A DNA stretch of 64,000 nt, taken from NCBI GenBank assembly GCA_002189035.1, contig NEEC01000011.1, positions 3,286,001 to 3,350,000 of the forward strand, written 5' to 3'. Shown here piece by piece: positions 1 to 8,100 of this stretch. Numbering within the stretch: the first letter of the stretch is position 1; every line of letters starts with the position of its first letter. The DNA is from Utricularia gibba (taxonomy: Eukaryota; Plantae; Magnoliophyta). A model generated the notes under the pieces. It was not told the DNA's origin, searched no databases, and saw nothing but the letters and a program-made list of their open reading frames with translations. Position numbers and translations under genes: made by a program.

Positions 1-410
1 CAAAATTATGCGAACTAGTGACTCCACCGTGTAATACTAACCCCCATCCCCCATGGAATACATACATACACGCTAAAATCCTACCAACAGTCTAACACGG
101 GACCACGGCAAACTCAGAGGTCGATTTACATTAATTACAATTTCCACAAATCAAAGATCTTAAAACCACGGGAATAAAGTAAAATTCTCTTCTTCGCGAA
201 TTGTGTACCAAAAGCCCTAATTCACCTACAGACCAAAATTCCTGATCACGGACGGACATCATCACGAAACCAACGCAAAAATCAAGCACGACCTCAAAAA
301 ATCTGGCAACAAAATCAATAAGAAAGAAAAAGAAACTGATCCGCGCACAAGGAGATAATAAATGGCAAAGCTTATGAATCCCTCGGAACTTCCGAAAGAG
401 AGAGGGAAAT

Positions 411-600
411 TTACTATTCAGAACCCATGACTGGCGAAATGAATCAACGTTTCCGTCGGCCGGCGGGAGTCACTGGCGAGAGGCGACCTGCGACGGAGCT
501 GCTATCGTCTTGACCGCGTTATCGGGGAATACGAAGCCTGCCTGGCGCGTCGTGCAAGTCTAAACTAATGTTGCGTCAGTTGCGTCATATTTATAAGAAG
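411..600 (-). promoter_or_regulatory. Probable promoter and first exon/5' leader of a minus-strand gene that continues off the left edge of the window
   Basis: On the minus strand: TATAAATA at 595-588, tandem TGACGCAA x2 (570-586), a GC-rich leader, then ATG GGT TCT GAA TAG TAA at 428-411 overlapping a possible GTAAAT donor (414). T-rich, intron-like sequence follows to position 1. No coding exon could be identified. Confidence 0.35.
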
Positions 601-1212
601 GAAAAGCAGCAAGAAGCCCCCCTCCGCTTTACACGAATTGTACACGGAACCCCATTTACTAATTTCTTATTCATTATTACTAAAATTATTCAAAATCAAA
701 ATTTAAATTCCTAAAAAATCATGTATAATACTATTTAATTAAATTTTCTTACAAAAATGAATAATTAACTTAGGAATAGAAGGGAAACTTCAGTGCAGAA
801 AATGGGAGAAATGTTTGCGTGGGGGGAGGAAACACTCCACAGGAGTGTTTTTCTTTGGTGCAATGATGACTGCACCTACACTACCTGCACATTGGGAAGT
901 TTTGCCGCAGCAATCGGCTGAAGAAGGAAAAAGCATCCTCTGGGGTGATAGTCTCTGAGGTTCACAGACTTTACTGCGGTGCCAATTCCTTTAACTTCAC
1001 CATTGCAAACAACAAACGTTTTCATCAAGGAAATATATCCGAAAAGGTTTGAAGTTAGCAGCGATGAAAGACCCGTCTCTTGCGGTTGAATGAAAAAGAC
1101 ACAGTAGAAGGGAACCAAGGCCTACGCTGGGAGAAACACACATGTGAATCAGGGGTAAATTGGCGTGTTCCATCATCATCTCTCACAAAGCGGGGAAGAT
1201 TTTTTCACCCCC

Positions 1213-2985
1213 CTAATATGGCCTGTAGCGCATGAAGGGGCGCCTAAACCTTGGAAACCTCCTGCAAGAGGGGGAGTTTACATGTTAGGCACAGAACCAA
1301 ACTGGAGCAGCTTCTCTTGGTAAATACATAGTTCCAATAGAACACAAATAGAAAAAAGTATGGATTTGGATACAATGGTAGGATAGCGCACTCATGCGGT
1401 TTACTAGGTAGGCAGGCCAGTTTTTTGACAAACAAATTACAAGAAAGATATCTCTCGTGCTCACCCATAACCATATGGTGGATAAAATGGTGATGGCATG
1501 AAGGCCCTCCTCGGTCCAAAGTAAGGATTTGGACGCCTCCCTCTGAACTGCTTCATTCCAGGAACGTTCGTTCTTTTGGCAGACACCTGAAAAATTAGGA
1601 GACGTAAGGCTGGTTTTTGGAGAGATGAGCGTTTCAATGATCAGACCATGGCCTGCCACTGCAAACCTTTAGTTGGCGGCCATGCAACTCTGACTCATTC
1701 AATAGCAGAGCATTTTGGACAGCCTCCACCTCTACAAATTCAACATAAGCAAATCCCTTGGGCTGAAAGTATTTGTCGGTCAGGATGGTGACCCTGTTCA
1801 CGGTCCCACACGACTGAAAATGTTGCTGCACTTCCTCAGGTGTGCATGCATAGTCTACCTGAGAGTGAAGAGAAAACATGTTATCCAGGAAAATATGTTC
1901 GAGGTATCAGTGGTCTCGCAAATGATTTTTTTCGGAAGCAGGAAGAGTCAGCATTCAAGCTTAACATTATCTATGCACATTACATGGCTAATTCCACCCC
2001 TCTCCCGCCTTTAAGAAAATGAAAGACGAAAAAGGGAGTTTGAAACTCACATTACCAACATAGATAGACCGCGAATCCACCTCTTCTTTCTCAGCTTGGG
2101 ATGCAGAGGCTCCATTGGAGTCATCTAACAAGCCCAAAAGGGAAAACCATAAGCATCAAATGTGAATTATGTCACTTTTAACAGGATTAAACTGAAAAGA
2201 TAATCTAGCGTAGACTCTAGGAAATTTCTACAATGTTTTACTAAATTCTATGAAAATACATAATGCACAATTAACTACATCTCGTTCAATGATAGGACTC
2301 CATACAAGCCTAATGAAACCAACGAATTTAGCAATCGAATTGATTTAGAAGTTTGTCTAAAATATCAGTGTAGAAACACAAACAATCAATTGTTCTCTAT
2401 GAATTCGTTGAGGCCCACACATTGTAATGAAGTTTGAGAACTCAAGTGCTCTAAAATAACAGAGCGATAAAAAAACATAGATAGCACCATATTTCAATTA
2501 GACAAGAGTATATACTCTCGTTATTGAGTGATGCTCATTCTTGTGTGATCAAAGAGAACTTAGAACAGGTGCAATCCAGCAGCTATTCCAAATTCAACAA
2601 TCCTCATTACAGATAAGCTAAACAACCAAACGAAGTTCCACGAAATATTTGGGGTGGGTGCAACAACAGACCTTGAGGTACGCCCATCTCCTTCTGAACC
2701 TTGGCCTGCATTTCTCGAAGAGCACCCGCTTCCTCTTCAATCTCTTGCAATCTCTTCTTCATGCTCTCCAACTCCAATCAAATTAAAATACAAACAGATC
2801 ACGTTACACTCAAATACTTACATCCGTAAAACAGTGAACACCATGTAAACGCATACCTCAGCCTTAGAGTCAGTTGCCTGGTCCATATCTGCAGATGGGT
2901 CGAAATCAGCTTCCATATACGCTTCCTCAGGCACATCGCCTCCGTAGACCGCGTCCTCCTCCTCCTGGTGCCCATGCTCCTCCAT
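1213..2985 (-). CDS. PABN: Nuclear poly(A)-binding protein (PABN/PABPN1 family), 6 exons, 221 aa. Exons: 2985-2857, 2771-2672, 2124-2051, 1858-1667, 1586-1465, 1261-1213
   Basis: The spliced ORF is 666 nt with consistent phases and GT-AG introns. It encodes an acidic N-terminus ([17 protein letters not shown]), a coiled coil ([26 protein letters not shown]) and an RRM with RNP2 SIYVGNVDY and RNP1 KGFAYVEF. It continues [12 protein letters not shown] and ends in an Arg/Tyr-rich tail ([15 protein letters not shown]), all typical of plant PABN proteins. Confidence 0.95.
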
Positions 2986-3129
2986 CCCCCTTGAAAAACT
3001 CCTGCAACCAGGGTATAGACGTACGCCAAATTATCCAGGCGAAGAAACGGGTCAAGGAACCCCTTCAGCCCGTTCGCGGATCTCGAAGACCGGATATGCA
3101 AGCGGCTCCAATTCTGCAATTGCTACGCC

Positions 3130-3246
3130 TTAGGGTTTCTGATTTTTTTTTTTCTTATCGAACGTCAATGTTTCTGGGCCTAATTCACTCTATTCGGGTA
3201 TGGGTCATAAACCAAACAGCCCGGATCCATCTTATGCCCAGGCCCA
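3130..3246 (-). promoter_or_regulatory. Telo-box plus site II elements in the PABN promoter
   Basis: TTAGGGTTT (AAACCCTAA on minus) at 3130-3138, TGGGCC at 3175-3180 and GGCCCA at 3241-3246. The telo-box/site II (TCP) pairing is the known signature of plant translation and RNA-processing housekeeping promoters. Confidence 0.65.
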
Positions 3247-3861
3247 AGCTAGAGCAGTTGATGACCGTTGACCAATAGTTGTTGCGGTGGACTGCCGCCA
3301 GATCTCAGCTTGGACCAGTCGCCGGCATGGCGCAGGTCCATCTTATTTCCTTATTATTCAAGTAGATGTAATTATTTTTTTCTAGTATGTGCGAAGAATG
3401 TAAAAGATACGTGGGATCAATTCGGAATAGTCGAATGCTAATAAGTATATAATGATAAATTACGATATATTTAAATTTATATGAGAAATAAATACGAACA
3501 TAATTTATTATAAAAAGATGACCAAAAATGAAAAGAATTATGAAAATCATATTTTGAATTATTTAAAATCGAATCGTTTACAAAAGTCAAATGATCATTA
3601 TTAAAATTATGGAAATAGATACAATTTATAAATAGTACACGTGAAAAGATGTAAATGTATTTAGTGGATTCAAATAATTCATTCATTCAATATTTTGAAT
3701 AATTATATAAAATCAAAGTCAAATAAATTTTCTATTCAGTATTAGATATTTTAATTTTTTATCATTAAAAAAATATTAAAAAATGATAAAAAAAAATAGT
3801 TGTGATTTTATTCTACTAGGCAAGTGGTTAACAAGTGTGTTATTTCTTCTTCTTCTTCGAG

Positions 3862-5238
3862 TTAGTGAGAGAGGGGGAGGTGGGGTGGTGGAAGAAGCCA
3901 CTCGGAAGCGCCGATGAAATCCAGAGTGATGAAGGGCCTCGCCTCCGTGTCGGACATGTTCTTGACGCATGGCGGCCTACCGGAAAGATTTGCTCCAGGT
4001 CCCTTGTTCTGATATTCTCCGAAGAATGTGGTGCTGTGCTTTACAATTATGTAGGATTAGTAGGGGAGGTAAGGCGTAGGAAGAGGAAGACGAATGAGAT
4101 CCAGAACAGTGGTATACCTTACAGCCCGTTTGTCGGTGATGAGGGACCATCCAGCTGGATTAACGGCGGCGCTCATTTCCGTGAAGGCGTAGACAACACG
4201 TGCGTAGGGGTACCACGGGCGGCCGAGGTAAGCGGTTTCGCCGGCGCCGGTAATGCGACAGTGGACGAACACGAATCCGTCGGCATCTGTTGCTTTTTTT
4301 CTCGCCTGCGCCGTGATGAAAGCCATCTCTTCTCCTGGGATGACGCGCAGCTCCGTGTTCTGCACACATGGACGAACTCAGCTTAGATGCAGATGCAGCC
4401 GCGATGCAGCGCCGCGTGTTAATGGTGGTGAAGGAGATCGGGAAATTATTCCGATGGGTTCAATTCAACTCACGAGGTAGAGGGACTGGCCGCTGCCGCA
4501 GATGAAATCCATGGTGCCCTCGATGTAACAATCTTTGAAAAAATGGCGGCCCATGTCGTCGACGACGGTGTCCTGAAACCCGTGGAAACTGCAGTTGTAG
4601 AAAGCAGCACTGTCTCCACTGACCCTCAAAGCCGACGCCTGAGCTCCTTTCCTTATTCCGTCCGGCCTTGGCGCCGAATTCTTGCAACAAATTAACAACA
4701 TCATCTTTTTCACTTCAACAGCGTAATAAATCCGTATAAGAAAGATTGTGTAACTTCCGGGAGACACCCACCACGACTACGAGATTCACGGCGGTGAAAT
4801 GCAGGGCCTCCACGGTCAAGGTGGCGCTTCCCATGGTGGTATACCTGGCCGCCGTGCCATCAAAGACCAATACAGGCATGTCGGTGGGGTCCCCGTACAG
4901 GGTAACGAAAGGCTTATCTCTGTCGATCATTATCTTCTCTGTGTAATTTCCAGGTCCGATATCGATGACCACCCGTCGGCGGTTATTCACCGGCACGCTA
5001 TTCAGCGCCTCGGAAATGGTCTCAAACCTCCCCCTCCCATCTTTCCTGACAGTGATGACAACCGCCGTCTGGTTGTGACTGATCTCCCCTCCCCCTCCAA
5101 CGTAGTCCTTGAACCAAGTCTCTATCCGAGACCTGTCTCCTGGAATCACATCCTCATCAGCAACCACCGCCGCCCACCCCAAAATAACGGCAACCGTCGC
5201 AGTGAGTAGCAGCAATCCTTCTATTTCCCCCTCCTCAT
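3862..5238 (-). CDS. PME: Pectin methylesterase (CE8, type II without PMEI pro-domain, PPME1/PME48-50-like), 4 exons, ~362 aa. Exons: ~5238-4772, 4680-4474, 4359-4118, 4033-3862. The start codon is displaced by a 1-nt frameshift.
   Basis: Signal-peptide-like [19 protein letters not shown], then [40 protein letters not shown], catalytic FQDT and DFICG, LGRPW and FFGEY..KGPGA. Introns are GT-AG with matching phases (0, 0, 2). No in-frame ATG exists as written (see findings). Confidence 0.88.
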
Positions 5239-5299
5239 TTCACGGCATCCACCAGTTCAACCAGAGATGAGACAGAAATGGAAACAGTGAAACTCCTCC

Positions 5300-5317
5300 A
5301 AGAAGAAGAAGAAGAAG
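5300..5317. repeat. (AAG)6 microsatellite upstream of PME
   Basis: Read directly as aagaagaagaagaagaag. A (TTC)5 run also lies at 3844-3858, just past the PME stop codon. Confidence 0.8.
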
Positions 5318-5972
5318 TTGCAGATGAAACAAAGCTCTGTTACTTGGTCGATAATGCACGAAGCGAAGCCAGGCGGATGCAGCGGAGCAACTGGAAATGC
5401 CACTCTAATGATGAAATAGAGGTCCATGGGGACTACCCAAGAACAGTGAGTTATTTAACATATAGAATATAAAAGATTTATTTTATATTAAATAATATAT
5501 ATTAATCGCATATTTGGTAGTTATTGATATTTAGTATTATAGATTATATATTTAAATAATCTGTATTTGATTTTCATTCATAAACCTATGATGATGAAAT
5601 ATTAAAAAACATTATTAAATTATGGAAAGTGAGAATATTCTAAAAATTTGTTTATTTTTAAGTTATCAAATTTTTTTTATTAAATAAGAGAAAATGGGGA
5701 TATTACAAGAATAATATATTATTTTAAATAAATAAGGATTTCTTTTTTCAATGCTGAAATAAATACGGATGTTTGATTTAATTTTTTTAGATTATTTTTT
5801 AAGCGTGGGGATGTATATACCAGGGAGTGGGCGCACGTCACTCCGGCCATTTTTTTCGGGCGGTGCTTTTTTATCAGATGAAGACAGAGGATTTATAGTT
5901 TTGTGGGTGGCGCCAGTTGAGACTGTTATTCCAATACCAAATGAAAGGGAGACAGAGACTACGAAAACAGCT

Positions 5973-6542
5973 TCAGAGTAAATGATGGCGGAATAGGATC
6001 CCTGGGCTGGATGTGTAAACATACAAGTTGTACTCAAAGAGGGCGTTGTGGGTTTCAGGATCTACAAAGACGGTGTTCTTAAGCGCATACCCAGAAGCGA
6101 GCAAATACTCGCCGGTACCCCCAACGATGGACAGCTCTCCTTGCTTTGTTGTCGTGTCCAGCCTCCCGAGAACGGAAAGTGTGCTCCCATCGTTGAATAG
6201 GATGTTCCAGTTCACAGTGATGGCGGCCACATCGAAGTCCGAGAGCGCGTGGGTTCCCTGAAGCCTGCCCACTTTGCCGGACCCAATCTCTGGCCCCGTC
6301 GTCAGAAGGTGGTCGACCACCTGGACCCGGCCGAACCATGTGGGTGATTTCTGTGTTATCGACGACTCTGCTATGTTGTACACGGATTGATTCGGCCCGG
6401 TGACGAAGTCGTGCATGTAGAAATGGAGCTTAACCAAATTGTCTGTCTCTAGATCAGTGATGATGCTGCTACTGGAAACTGCGGCCAGCATCACCAACAG
6501 GAGGGAGAGGAGGACGATGAATGTTGCACGGGATTTCTTCAT
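5973..6542 (-). CDS. DIR: Dirigent protein (DIR-b/d-like), intronless, secreted, 189 aa
   Basis: N-terminal signal peptide and the dirigent motifs LHFYMHD, FGRVQVVDHLLTTGP, VGRLQG, GSTLSVLGR and ELSIVGGTGEY..ASGYA. A potential N-glycosylation site NQS is present, and the ORF is uninterrupted. Confidence 0.93.
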   Translation of the reverse strand: MKKSRATFIVLLSLLLVMLAAVSSSSIITDLETDNLVKLHFYMHDFVTGPNQSVYNIAESSITQKSPTWFGRVQVVDHLLTTGPEIGSGKVGRLQGTHALSDFDVAAITVNWNILFNDGSTLSVLGRLDTTTKQGELSIVGGTGEYLLASGYALKNTVFVDPETHNALFEYNLYVYTSSPGILFRHHLL

Positions 6543-6577
6543 GGCTGCTGAGTGTGTTTCTCTCCCTTGATGGGCTG

Positions 6578-6583
6578 TTTATA
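6578..6583 (-). promoter_or_regulatory. TATA box of the dirigent gene
   Basis: TATAAA on the minus strand ~36-41 nt upstream of the ATG (6542). Confidence 0.55.
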
Positions 6584-6856
6584 GCACATACGGGACGGCT
6601 CCTGGTCATACATATTCAACTGTTTGCGTGCATCGCGAGGTGCAAAAGACCAGAGAAAGCTTTTGGACCCGTGGCTTGCGAGGAGTTTCTCTTTTGCTTT
6701 ATCAGGCCCACAGACCTACACTTTCAAAATACTTTTCCTGTTACGATGCATTAAACTAAACTCATCTCAGATGGAGTAAAACATCAGAGAGTAAGTCTTT
6801 TCTTTAGTCTGTTGCCGCTTGGGAGGTAAACACATCTCAATATGGTGTATTTCCTT

Positions 6857-8100
6857 GTTTCGGTTTTTGAGTCTATTCCTTACAATGCTATGATTGTGTT
6901 CCGACCTAGAGGATGTCCCCAATCCTAATGTTGGTCTTGTGTACCATTCAGTTGATATACTTCAAACTGAGATGTGTCAGTTTTTACACGACATACCTTT
7001 TAGAAGCTCTTTCTTCAGTTGTGCCACAAAATGGCCAAAGCGTTCGCAGCGATGTGACTCACGACACCTGACTCGACATGAATGTGATTTCTTGCTTGCA
7101 AAACATAGACGTTTCATTTGTTGATGTGAAATTTCGGTTTTTGAGGCAATCACTTGCAATGTTACAGGTGGGTTCCGACCCAGGGGACGTCCCTAAACCT
7201 CATGCTAGCCTCATGCATCGTTCGATTTCTAGTCGATATCTTTCAAACAAAGATGGGTCACGTTGTGCACGACATACCGTTTTGAAGCTCGTTGCGAGCC
7301 GCTCATCTTTCATGTTGAATGCCTTTTCGTCCGAGCATGTATCCGAGCTTGAATGATTGCCTTATGTTAGTCTTCAGTTATGCCACAAAGTGGCCACGAT
7401 GAAAATCGGGACACCTGACTTGATGCGAATGTGATTTTTTGCTTCCAAAACTTACACGTTTCATTTGATGATATGAAATTTCAGTTTTCAAGGTGATCCC
7501 TTGCAATGATATAGGTGGCTTACGACCTAGGGGACATCCCCAAACCTCATGCTGACCTCGTGCGCCATTTGGTTTTTAGTTGATATCTTTAAAATCATGA
7601 TGAGTCACGCTGCACATGGCATACCGTTTCGATACTCATTCCGAGCCGATCATCTTTTGTATTGAAAGATTCTTTTTCCGAAGATGCTTCAGAGCTCGAA
7701 TTATTGTCTCATGTTAGTCTACCGTCGTGCCACAAAATGGCCAAAATGTTCGTGACGATGCGACTCGTGACACCTGACTTGACACGAATGTCATTTCTTA
7801 CTCGCAAAACATACGCGTTTCATTTGACAATGTGAAATTTCGGTTTTCGAGGTGATCCCTTGCAATGCTATGAGTGGGTTCGGACAAAGGAGACATCCTC
7901 AAACCTCATGGTCGCCTTATGCACTGTTCATTTCTAGTCGATATCATTTAAAATGTGATGAGTCACACTAGGCATGAAATACATTTTGGAAGCTCGTTCC
8001 GAGCCGATCATCTTTTTTGTTGAAAGATTCCTCGTCCAGGGATGCTCCAAAGCTAAAATTATTGCCTTATGCTAGCCTCCAAATGTACCAAAAAGTATCA
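6857..8100 (+). repeat. Degenerate outer layer of the satellite: ~359-bp variant monomers
   Basis: Four copies carry a 13-bp segment (6908-6920, 7182-7194, 7529-7541, 7888-7900) that is absent from 8231 onward. Spacing is 359 bp between intact copies, and these copies carry many substitutions. Confidence 0.85.

Noticed and set aside
3130-3138. Interstitial telomere sequence
   Set aside because: It is a single unit in a promoter next to site II motifs, which makes it a telo-box. No TTTAGGG tracts were seen in or beside the array.
3305-3800. AT-rich ORFs, or a possible MITE, between PABN and PME (similarly 5460-5790)
   Set aside because: This is low-complexity AT-rich intergenic DNA, with no terminal inverted repeats or target-site duplication found.
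2874-5209. Antisense and alternative-frame ORFs over PABN and PME (2874-3278, 3835-4386, 4799-5209, etc.)
   Set aside because: They are shadows of GC-rich exons on the opposite strand.
5278-5472. Plus-strand 64-aa ORF METVKLLQEEEEE and an overlapping 56-aa minus-strand ORF (MDLYFIIR...)
   Set aside because: Both are driven by the AAG/CTT microsatellite in the PME upstream region, and neither has a recognisable domain.
3862-6542. PME + dirigent as a cell-wall gene cluster
   Set aside because: Two unrelated secreted proteins from very large families lying side by side is expected by chance, and there is no shared pathway evidence.
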